This document shows, one piece after another, positions 8,847 to 17,350 of a DNA stretch of 64,000 bases. The stretch covers positions 15,408 to 79,407 of the forward strand of contig VBOR01000057.1 in assembly GCA_005893165.1 (NCBI GenBank), written 5' to 3'. The notes under the pieces were generated by a model that worked only from the letters and a program-made list of their open reading frames with translations, did not search any database and was not told the origin of the DNA. How positions within the stretch are numbered: position 1 is the first letter of the stretch; each line of letters starts with the position of its first letter. The position numbers were made by a program, and so were the translations under genes. Origin of the DNA: Candidatus Eiseniibacteriota bacterium. Lineage in GTDB: Bacteria; Eisenbacteria; RBG-16-71-46; SZUA-252.

Positions 8847-9862
8847 GCCGCTACCGCGAGGCGGGCGTGAACATCCGGAAGGGAGAGGAAGCGCTCGAGC
8901 GCATCCGCGAGCTGGTCCGCTCCACCTTCAATGCCAACGTGGCCGCGGACCTCGGCTCCTTCGCGGGAGCGTTTCGGGTTCCCGGCGCGCCGGGGAAGCT
9001 CTTCGCCGCGAGCATGGACGGAGTCGGCACCAAGCTCCGCGTCGCAATCCTCGCGGGGAAACACGACACGGTCGGGGAGGATCTCGTCTGCCACTCGGGG
9101 AACGACATCCTCGTGCACGGGGCGACGCCTCTCTTCTTTCTCGACTACATTGCCATGGGGACGCTCGACCCGAAGCGCGTGGAGGAGATCGTGCGCGGGC
9201 TCGCGCGCGGGTGCCGCGAGGTGGGCTGCGCTCTGATCGGCGGGGAGACGGCGGAGATGCCCGGGATCTATGCCGGCGAGGACTACGACCTCGCGGGTGC
9301 GATCGTCGGCCTCGCCGAAGAGTCGGCGTGGATCGACGGATCCGCGATCGCTCCGGGCGACGTTCTCCTGGGCCTTCCCTCGACGGGACTTCACACGAAC
9401 GGCTACTCCCTCGCTCGGAAGATCCTCTTCGAGACGCTCCATTTACGTGTCAAGGACCCCCTCCCGTGGGGGGCGCCGGTCGGCCAGGAGCTCCTGAAAC
9501 CGCATCGCTATTACGGCCCTGCCGTCGCCGTGGCGCGCGCCGCGGGGGAGGTGCGCGGCATGGCCCACATCACCGGCGGAGGGATTCCCGGGAATCTCGT
9601 CCGCGTGCTCCCCGCAGGCGTGAAGGCGGAGGTCGCGCGTTCCAGCTGGCCCGTGCCGGATCTGTTCCGGTTCCTCCGCGAGGCCGGGAAGGTGGGAGAA
9701 GCGGAAGCGTACGAGGTATGGAACATGGGCATCGGCATGATCCTCGTCGTGAAGCGCGAAGACGCCTCGAAGGTGGAGCGCGCGCTCGCCGAGGCCGGTC
9801 ACACGGTCCATCGCATCGGTTCGATCCAGCCGGGATCGCGCGAGGTGAAGCTCACGGCATAG
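8843..9862 (+). CDS. purM: phosphoribosylformylglycinamidine cyclo-ligase (AIR synthetase)
   Basis: YREAGVNI, DGVGTKL, PLFFLDY, GGETAEMPG, GLHTNGYSL, AHITGGG, NMGIGM; ATGA overlap with the HD-GYP stop. Confidence 0.95.
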   Translation: MSRYREAGVNIRKGEEALERIRELVRSTFNANVAADLGSFAGAFRVPGAPGKLFAASMDGVGTKLRVAILAGKHDTVGEDLVCHSGNDILVHGATPLFFLDYIAMGTLDPKRVEEIVRGLARGCREVGCALIGGETAEMPGIYAGEDYDLAGAIVGLAEESAWIDGSAIAPGDVLLGLPSTGLHTNGYSLARKILFETLHLRVKDPLPWGAPVGQELLKPHRYYGPAVAVARAAGEVRGMAHITGGGIPGNLVRVLPAGVKAEVARSSWPVPDLFRFLREAGKVGEAEAYEVWNMGIGMILVVKREDASKVERALAEAGHTVHRIGSIQPGSREVKLTA

Positions 9863-9881
9863 CGAAGGAGAGGGCGGGGAC

Positions 9882-10925
9882 GTGGGGTGGGAGATCGCAT
9901 CCGGTCCCGAGGCGGCCGAGCGCCACGCGCTCGAGGAGCTGGCCCGGGACGGCTTTGGTCCGTGCGCCGAGTCGATGGGGATCGTCGGATGGAGCGGCGG
10001 GATCCGTCGTCTGGGCGACCGCATTCGCGCGCTCGCCAGAAGCCATGCCACCGTTCTGATCCTGGGAGAGACCGGGACCGGCAAGGAGCTCGTCGCGCGC
10101 GCCCTGCACGCGCTCTCGCCCCGGGCCGCGCGTCCGTTCGTTCCGCACAATTTCGGAGCCATCGCGGACACCCTGGTCGAGAGCGAGCTCTTCGGTCACG
10201 CGCGCGGATCCTTCACCGGCGCGCATCAGGATCGTGTCGGCCTCTTCGAGGCCGCGCATCAGGGCACCCTGTTCCTGGACGAGATCGGGGACGCCAGCGC
10301 TTCGGTGCAGAGCCGCCTTCTTCGGGTGATCCAGGAAGGGGAGCTTCGGCGCGTCGGAGATTCCCGCTCGAGGCGGGTGGACGTCCGGATCCTCGCGGCG
10401 ACCCACCGGGATCTGGGCGGGGAAGTCGCGTCGGGCCGGTTCCGCGCGGACCTCTTCTACCGTCTCCACGTGCTGACGCTTCCGGTCCCTCCGCTCCGGG
10501 ACCGGCTCGAGGACATTCCCCCGCTTGCCGCTTCCTTCCTGATCCGGCTCTCCCGTCGGGACCGGATCGCGGTGCGCGGCGTCCGCGCGGACGCCTGGAC
10601 CGCCCTGGCGGGGCACTCCTGGCCGGGGAACGTCCGCGAGCTGATGGGCGTGCTCGAGCGCGCCTGTCATGCCCTGGATCGCGAGGGCTGGGTGTCGCGG
10701 TGCTCGCTCGGGGAGAGCTTCGGGATCGCCGGCACGTCGCTCGTTCGCGACCGCGCCGCGGATCTCAAGGGACGGACCCGCGCGTACGAGGCGGCGCTGA
10801 TCCGGAGCGCGCTCGAGTCGCACGGAGGCAACAAAGCGAACGCCGCGCGCTCACTCGGGCTGACGCGTCAAGGATTATGGAAGAAGATGAGGCGATTGAA
10901 ATGTTTCGGTCCTGATTCGCCTTGA
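9882..10925 (+). CDS. sigma54-dependent enhancer-binding protein without an N-terminal regulatory domain
   Basis: Walker A GETGTGKE, ESELFGHARGSFTGA, Walker B LFLDEIG, FRADLFYRL, WPGNVREL, Fis-type HTH GNKANAARSLGLTRQGLWKKM; only ~30 aa precede the AAA+ domain. Confidence 0.9.
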   Translation: MGWEIASGPEAAERHALEELARDGFGPCAESMGIVGWSGGIRRLGDRIRALARSHATVLILGETGTGKELVARALHALSPRAARPFVPHNFGAIADTLVESELFGHARGSFTGAHQDRVGLFEAAHQGTLFLDEIGDASASVQSRLLRVIQEGELRRVGDSRSRRVDVRILAATHRDLGGEVASGRFRADLFYRLHVLTLPVPPLRDRLEDIPPLAASFLIRLSRRDRIAVRGVRADAWTALAGHSWPGNVRELMGVLERACHALDREGWVSRCSLGESFGIAGTSLVRDRAADLKGRTRAYEAALIRSALESHGGNKANAARSLGLTRQGLWKKMRRLKCFGPDSP

Positions 10926-10949
10926 TTTCGTCTCCTCAGTTTCTATACT
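10922..10949 (+). promoter_or_regulatory. sigma70-type promoter
   Basis: TTGATT-16nt-TATACT in an AT-rich gap upstream of the oxidoreductase. Confidence 0.5.
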
Positions 10950-10998
10950 CGCGCGACCGTTCCACACCATCCCTCACGTTTGACCGGGAGCGCCCACG

Positions 10999-12015
10999 TT
11001 GCCACAAGGTCTGACCCGCCTCGGACTCATCGGGGTCGGGGCCATCGCCCAAGTCAATCATCTTCCCGCCCTGGCGCGCATGAAGGACGTCGAGATCTTC
11101 GCGGTTTGCGACGACGATTCCGAGAAGGCGCGCGTCGTGGCGGAGCGCTTCCGCGTTCCGCACGCGGTCTCCGATTACGAGCGGCTGCTCCGCCTCGAGG
11201 AGCTGGACGCCGTGATCATCTCGACGCCGAACCATCTCCATTGCCCCATGACGCTCGCGGCGCTGGACTACGGCAAGCACGTCCTCTGCGAGAAGCCGCC
11301 GGCCCGGAACGCGGCGGAGGCACAGATGATGGCCGACGCGGCCAAGCGCTCGGGGAAGACGCTCATGTACGCCATGAACAACCGGTTCCGCGCCGAAGCT
11401 CAGGTGCTGCGGCGGTTCATCGAGCGCAAGGAGCTGGGGGACCTCTTCTACGCGAAGACCGGCTGGCTCCGGTATCGCACGGAGCGGGGCGGGCCCGAGT
11501 GGTACACGAACAAGCGGAGCGCCGGGGGAGGGGTGTTGATGGATCTCGGGGTCCAGATGCTCGACCTCTCCATGTGGCTGCTCGGCAGCCCTCAAGTATC
11601 CTCGGTCACCGCGACCAAGTACGTCCGGGATCCCCGGCAGGACGTGGAGGACACGCTGGCGGCGATGCTGCTCCTCGAGTCGGGCGCCTCGCTCACTCTG
11701 GAGGTGAGCTGGGCGCTGCTCCTCGAGAAGAACTTCTCCTATCTGAATCTCTACGGCACCGAGGGAGCGGCGCTCCTGCATCCCTTCCGGATCCACAAGG
11801 AGATGGGTGGACGCTTACGTGATATCACGCCCTCGCTGGACTCGGTGCGCAATCTCTACAAGCAGTCCTACGAGCTGGAGCTCGAGCATTTTCTCCGGTG
11901 TATCACGCAAGGGGAGAAGCCCCAGGCTTCCCCCGAGGAGGGGCTCCAGGTCATGAGGATCATCGACGCCATCTACCAATCCGCAGAGTCCCGCCGCGAG
12001 GTCCGTCTCCATTAA
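10999..12015 (+). CDS. Gfo/Idh/MocA-family oxidoreductase
   Basis: GLIGVGAIA, STPNHLH, GKHVLCEKP, GGGVLMDLGVQMLD. Confidence 0.9.
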   Translation: MPQGLTRLGLIGVGAIAQVNHLPALARMKDVEIFAVCDDDSEKARVVAERFRVPHAVSDYERLLRLEELDAVIISTPNHLHCPMTLAALDYGKHVLCEKPPARNAAEAQMMADAAKRSGKTLMYAMNNRFRAEAQVLRRFIERKELGDLFYAKTGWLRYRTERGGPEWYTNKRSAGGGVLMDLGVQMLDLSMWLLGSPQVSSVTATKYVRDPRQDVEDTLAAMLLLESGASLTLEVSWALLLEKNFSYLNLYGTEGAALLHPFRIHKEMGGRLRDITPSLDSVRNLYKQSYELELEHFLRCITQGEKPQASPEEGLQVMRIIDAIYQSAESRREVRLH

Positions 12016-12037
12016 CCGTTTCCGCGGGCCGCTGGCC

Positions 12038-13382
12038 GTGGCCGCTTCGGGCATTCTCCTCAGCCTTTCCTTCCCGAACGCGGGACTGATGCCGGTCGTG
12101 TTCGTCGCGCTCGTCCCGCTCCTCGTCTGGATGGAGCAGTCGAGCGCGGGTCCGCACCGGACCTCGGCGCTTGCTCCCGAGCCGCGCGGGATGTTCTGGA
12201 TTCCTTGGATCACGGGAATCGTATTCAACGCGCTCCTCTTCTGGTGGCTGGTCCGCCTTCCCGCGCGCGCGATGACGTTCCCCTGGATCATCGGTCCGGG
12301 ACTCCTGGCGCTCGCCGTCTATCTTGGATTCTTCGTGGCCCTCTTCGGATGGCTCGCGCGCTTCATCCGGCGCCGCGTCGGCTGGTCGCTCCTCGTCGTG
12401 GCGCCCGCCGTGTGGGGCGCCTGCGAGTGGCTCAAGTCCTCGGGTCCCCTGGGGTGCACGTGGGGAAACGTGAGCTACGCGCTCGCGGAGCATCCGGCGT
12501 GGATCCAGGGAGCGTCGATCGTCGGCGCTCCGGGGCTCAGCATCTGGATCGAAGTGGGATACCCTACACCAAGAAAGGAGCATCGGGACCCTGGCGCGCC
12601 TCACCTCGGAAGCGGTGTCCCGCGAGCCGAAGCCGGACCTGGTCGTCTGGCCCGAGACCGCGCTTCCCTTCTACGTGCGTCTCGAGGCCCAGAAGCTCGA
12701 CCGGATTCTGGAATTGGTGCGCGCGTGGAACGTGCCGCTCCTGGTGGGGTATCCCGACGCGACCTTCAGCCTGAGCGGCGGCGTGATCACCCACAACGCG
12801 GCCGGGCTCATGCTCCCCTCGAAGACGATCGCGGCCCAGTACGAAAAGATCCACCTCGTCCCATTCGGGGAGCGGATCCCATTCCAGGGGATCCTGCCGT
12901 TCCTGGGAAAGCTCGACCTGGGTCAGGCGGAGTGGACCCCCGGCACCAAGCCCGTGGTGTTTCCGTTCCGGGACGCGCCTTTCGGGGTCCTGATCTGCTT
13001 CGAGTCGATCTTTCCGGGACTCGCGCGCGACTACGCGGTCGACGGCGCGCGCTGGCTCGTCAACATCACCAACGACGAATGGTTTGGCCCGACCGCGGCC
13101 CCCCGCCAGCACGCCGACATGGCCATCTTGCGCTGCGTGGAAGAGGAGATGGGCATGGCGCGGTGCGCGAACACGGGGATCTCGATGCTCATCGATCCGC
13201 TCGGGCGCGAGTCGAAATCGAGCCCTCTGTTCCAGGAGGCGGTCGTGGTGGGGGATGTCGTCCTGGGGGGGAAGCCGACGCTGTTCCGGCTCTGGGGGGA
13301 CTGGCTCACCGGACTCTGCCTCGGGCTGGTTCTCGTCCTGACCCTCCTCGGCTGGTACCGCCCGCTCCGAAGAGATCGCTGA
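12038..13382 (+). pseudogene. lnt: apolipoprotein N-acyltransferase, split by an apparent deletion and frameshift at ~12550
   Basis: TM region with WGACEWLKS...TWGNVSY; second frame resumes at KWD and carries VVWPETA, KIHLVPFGE, ICFESIF, NITNDEWFG, RCANTGIS. Confidence 0.88.
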
Positions 13383-13434
13383 CGCACCGTCCAGGCACCC
13401 GCTGCGGAGCGTGGCCGCGTTGCGCTCCGGCGAT

Positions 13435-13463
13435 TTGACGCGGCGCGCGACTCCGTGTAGAGT
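13435..13463 (+). promoter_or_regulatory. sigma70-type promoter for the ecfT-truA-degP-pur run
   Basis: TTGACG-17nt-TAGAGT. Confidence 0.6.
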
Positions 13464-13526
13464 GACACTTCAGGCGGATCGGCGAAGGCCGGTCCCGCCT
13501 CCGAAGGCACGGAGGAATCGCACCCA

Positions 13527-14267
13527 GTGCCCGGCTCGCCGGAATCCGACGAAGTGAATCCAGCATCACCCAGAACGCGTGCGCTCCATCCGCTCGCGTG
13601 GCTCCTCTCGCTCGCGTTCGTCGGCGTGGGTCTTGCGCTCACGCGTTCCTGGATCGATCTCGCCGTCGCGGGAATCCTCCTCGCCATCCTGGCGCTCCGC
13701 GCGGAGCGGAAATCTCTGCGCGCGGAAGCTCCTCTGCTGGGACTCGCTCTCATCGTCTTCCTCGCGCACGTCGTGTTCGCCGGCAAGGGATTCCGGGCCG
13801 CGCTCGCGCCCGCCGCGGTGATTGCGTGGCGCCTCCTGGCGCTCCTGTATCTCCTGAGGTGGGCGGCCCGGTCGGCGCTGGGTCCCATCGCGCGCTGGCT
13901 CATGGGGCACCGCCCCCCGTCGCGGCCGCGTATCCTGCTCGTGCTCGTGGAGAGCGCGCGCCTCACGGCCGGGCTCCTGCCCCTGGCGCTCCGCGAGGCC
14001 GAGCAGCACGTGCAGGCGCTGCGCGGGCGCGGGATCCGTCCGGGCCGGGGCCTCCAGGGGATCGCACGATACCTCCTCGCCTGGTTCCTGCCGTTCCTGG
14101 GAACGATGCTCCGGATCGGAGGCGCCTATGCCGACGCGCTTACCGTCCGGGGCTACCGGCTGGCGTGCGCCCGGCGGGCCGGCCTCCCCCTCCACTGGGG
14201 AGTCCGGGAATGGGGGGCGGTCGTGGGGAGCGCCACCGGGGCGGCGTGGTTCCTGCGTGTCTTCTGA
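13527..14267 (+). CDS. EcfT/CbiQ-like energy-coupling factor transmembrane component (divergent)
   Basis: ALHPLAWL N-terminus, TM helices, LP-x4-E-x6-LRGRG and DALTVRGY coupling motifs; sits directly before truA. Confidence 0.6.
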   Translation: MPGSPESDEVNPASPRTRALHPLAWLLSLAFVGVGLALTRSWIDLAVAGILLAILALRAERKSLRAEAPLLGLALIVFLAHVVFAGKGFRAALAPAAVIAWRLLALLYLLRWAARSALGPIARWLMGHRPPSRPRILLVLVESARLTAGLLPLALREAEQHVQALRGRGIRPGRGLQGIARYLLAWFLPFLGTMLRIGGAYADALTVRGYRLACARRAGLPLHWGVREWGAVVGSATGAAWFLRVF

Positions 14268-14891
14268 GGCGCGCACCCTCACGGTGCGTCTCGGGATCGA
14301 ATTCGACGGCAGCGACTTCCACGGCTGGCAGGTTCAGCCTCGTGACCGTACCGTTCAGGGGGAGATCGAGCGGGCGATGTGGGAGGTGACGGGGACGAAC
14401 GTGAGGATCGCGGGAGCAGGAAGAACCGATTCGGGGTGTCACGCATCAGGTCAGGTGGCGAGCGCGACGCTCCGGACCCGGCTCACGCCCGAGCGGCTTC
14501 GCATGGCGCTCAACGCGCACCTGCCACGGGACGTGCGGATCGTGGAGGCGGCGGAGACGGATCCGGACTTTCATGCGAGATTTCGCGCGATGCGGCGCGC
14601 CTACCGCTACCTGATCGTCTCGCGGCCCACGGCACTCCTGTCCCGGCGCGCATGGGCGCGTCCCATCCGCGCGGATCTGGAAGCGCTCCGCCGCGCCTCA
14701 CGGCCTCTCGAAGGGTCCCACGGCACGCCGCCGAAGAGGGCGGGGGAGGCAAGGCCGTCCGCGCGGCGCTTCACGCCCGCGATCGGAAGCGCGCCATGCC
14801 GCCCGCGCCCGCTCATGGCTTGTACCTCATGGGGGTCCGCTATCCCCGGCTGGGATGGCTTCCCAAGGAGCATCTGGATGTCTCTGGCTGA
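14257..14891 (+). pseudogene. truA: tRNA pseudouridine(38-40) synthase TruA, apparent deletion and frameshift at ~14722
   Basis: IEFDGSDFHGWQVQ, AGRTDSGCHA, FHARF, RAYRY; C-terminal APAHGLYLMGVRY lies in another frame ending at 14891. Confidence 0.88.
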
Positions 14892-16149
14892 AGGTCCCGC
14901 TTCCACGTTGAAGCGGCGTGACGACGAACGGAGGAGCACCTGGATCTGGGGGCTCGTCTGCGGTCTCCTTCTTCTGGGCGCGATCGTCCTTGGTGCCTCC
15001 GCGATCCAGGTCGCCGGACGAAGTGGCGGGGACCGGGGAGCGCAGAGCGTCAACGCGGCGGCGACCCTGGCGGTGCCCGCGGCGGCCGGCGCGGACGAGG
15101 TCCCGACCCGCTCCGATCCGGGCGCCACGCGCCGGACCGCGATCGTGGAGGCGGCGCATCGCGTCGGGCCGGCCGTCGTCACGATCAGCGTCGTGCAGAC
15201 GCGCATGGTCCAGTCCACTCCGTTCGGAAGCGAGTTCTTCGAGCCCTTCTTCCGGGACATGATCCCGTCCTACCGGTATCGCGAGCAGATCCCGGGCATG
15301 GGCTCGGGCTTCATCATCTCGCCGAAGGGGTACGTGCTCACGAACGAGCACGTGGTGAGCGGGGCCGAGAAGATCACCGTCATCCTGGCCGACGGCCGGT
15401 CCTTCACGGGGAAGGTGCTGGGATCGCATCCGCAATACGACGTTGCCATCGTGAAGATCGAAGGGGAGAACCTCCCGGTCGCGCCGCTCGGCTCGTCGTC
15501 CGACCTCATGGTCGGGGAGTGGGCGATCGCGATCGGAAATCCCTTCGGGTTCCTGCTCAACGACACGCAGCCCACCGTCACCGCGGGCGTGATCAGCGCG
15601 ACCGCGCGCGATATCAAGGCGGGCTCCTCGAGCGGCGGGATCTACAAGAACATGATCCAGACCGACGCCGCGATCAATCCCGGGAACTCGGGAGGGCCGC
15701 TGGTGAACGCGCTGGGTCAGGTCATCGGCGTGAACACCTTCATCTTCACGAAGAGCGGCGGCTCGGAGGGGATCGGATTCGCGATCCCGATCGACGCGGC
15801 CAAGCGCGTGGTGGACGAGATCATCAAATATGGGAGAGTCCGCAACATCTGGATCGGCGTGGGCACCTGGGACATCACGCCCTACCTGGCGGAGCGGATC
15901 GGCACCAAGGACCGGAACGGGCTGTACATCTCCTCCGTGGAGAAGGGGAGCCCGGCGGACAAGGCGGCCGCCCGCGTCGGGGACATCATCCGCAAGGTGA
16001 ACGGCACCGCGATCGGCGACGTGAACGAGGCCTACCGCGCGATCTTCGGGGCGAACGTGGGGGATACGGTCACCCTCACGGTGGAACGGGATGGGAAGCT
16101 GGTGAACCTCCGCCTCATCCTGGAAGAGCTCCAAGAGGAGAAACCTTGA
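14878..16149 (+). CDS. htrA: HtrA/DegP-family serine protease with one PDZ domain
   Basis: SD AAGGAG before ATG 14878; N-terminal TM; GSGFII, TNEHVV, IQTDAAINPGNSGGPL; C-terminal PDZ. Confidence 0.92.
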   Translation: MSLAEGPASTLKRRDDERRSTWIWGLVCGLLLLGAIVLGASAIQVAGRSGGDRGAQSVNAAATLAVPAAAGADEVPTRSDPGATRRTAIVEAAHRVGPAVVTISVVQTRMVQSTPFGSEFFEPFFRDMIPSYRYREQIPGMGSGFIISPKGYVLTNEHVVSGAEKITVILADGRSFTGKVLGSHPQYDVAIVKIEGENLPVAPLGSSSDLMVGEWAIAIGNPFGFLLNDTQPTVTAGVISATARDIKAGSSSGGIYKNMIQTDAAINPGNSGGPLVNALGQVIGVNTFIFTKSGGSEGIGFAIPIDAAKRVVDEIIKYGRVRNIWIGVGTWDITPYLAERIGTKDRNGLYISSVEKGSPADKAAARVGDIIRKVNGTAIGDVNEAYRAIFGANVGDTVTLTVERDGKLVNLRLILEELQEEKP

Positions 16150-17350
16150 TCCCGCGCTACAGCCGCCCCGAGATGGCGGCCCTCTTCGACGATGCCGCCC
16201 GCTACCGGACCTGGCTCGAGGTGGAGCTGGCCGTCTCGGCCGCGATGGAACGGACCGGCGAGGTGCCCGCGGGGGTGACCGCGCGCGCCCGCTCGCGCGC
16301 CAAGGTGGATCCCAAGCGGGTGGACGATCTGGAGGCGACCCTCCGTCACGACGTGATCGCGTTCCTGTCCGCGCTGGGAGAATCGGTCGGGGAGGACGCG
16401 CGCCACCTTCACAAGGGCATGACCTCCTCGGACCTCGTGGATACGGCGCTGGCCCTCACCTTGACGCGCGCCTGCGACCTGCTCCTCGCCGAGACGAAGC
16501 GCCTTCGCGACACGGCGCGTGCCCTCGCGGTCCGCCACAAGGAAACCAGCGGGCCGCGGTCGCGGTGGGAAAGCTTTCCGGCGCCGTGGGCACCCACGCG
16601 CACCTGAGCCCCGAGCTCGAGGAGGAGGTGCTGCGTTCGCTGGGCCTGGAACCGGAGCCCGTGGCGACCCAGGTCGTGCAGCGGGACCGACACGCCGAGC
16701 TGGTGCAGTCGATCGCGCTCCTCGGGGCCTCGCTCGAGAAGATCGCGACGCAGATCCGCCTCATGCAGCAGACCGAGATCCTCGAGGTGGAAGAGCCCTT
16801 CCGGGAAGGCCAGAAGGGTTCCTCGGCGATGCCCCACAAGCGGAATCCGGTGAACTGCGAGCGGATCTGCGGGCTCGCGCGGGTGCTGCGCGCGAACGCG
16901 CTCGTGTCGCTCGAGAACGTGGCGCTCTGGCACGAGCGCGACATCAGCCACTCGAGCGCGGAGCGGGTCATCCTTCCGGATTCCTTCCTCGCCTGCGACT
17001 TCATGGCCGTCCAGCTGCGCGAGGTGCTGGAAATGCTCCACGTCTACCCCGAGCGCATGCGCTCCAATCTCGAGATGACCCGCGGCCTGATCTACTCGCA
17101 GCGCGCCCTCCTGGCGCTCATCCAGGCCGGCATGTCCCGAGAGGACGCCTACGCGCTGGTGCAGCGGCACGCCATGGCGGCCTGGAAGGGCGAGCCCGGT
17201 CTCAGCGAGCGGCTCGCGTCCGATGCCGCCGTGACGCGGGCGCTGAGCCAGGAAAAGCTCGTCGCCTGCTTCGATCCCGCCCACTTCACACAGCACGTGA
17301 ACCGAATCTTCGAGCGTGTTCTGGGAGAGCCCGTTGCAGCAGCTCGATAA
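16146..17350 (+). pseudogene. purB: adenylosuccinate lyase, apparent deletion and frameshift at ~16547
   Basis: IPRYSRPEM, RHDVIAF, HKGMTSSD; second frame GKLSGAVGT, GSSAMPHKRNP, LWHERDISHSS; the GRTHG segment is absent. Confidence 0.9.

Noticed and set aside
14128-16149. Apparent TruA-DegP fusion (673-aa ORF)
   Set aside because: Produced by the truA frameshift. The real TruA C-terminus is in another frame and the protease has its own SD and ATG at 14878.
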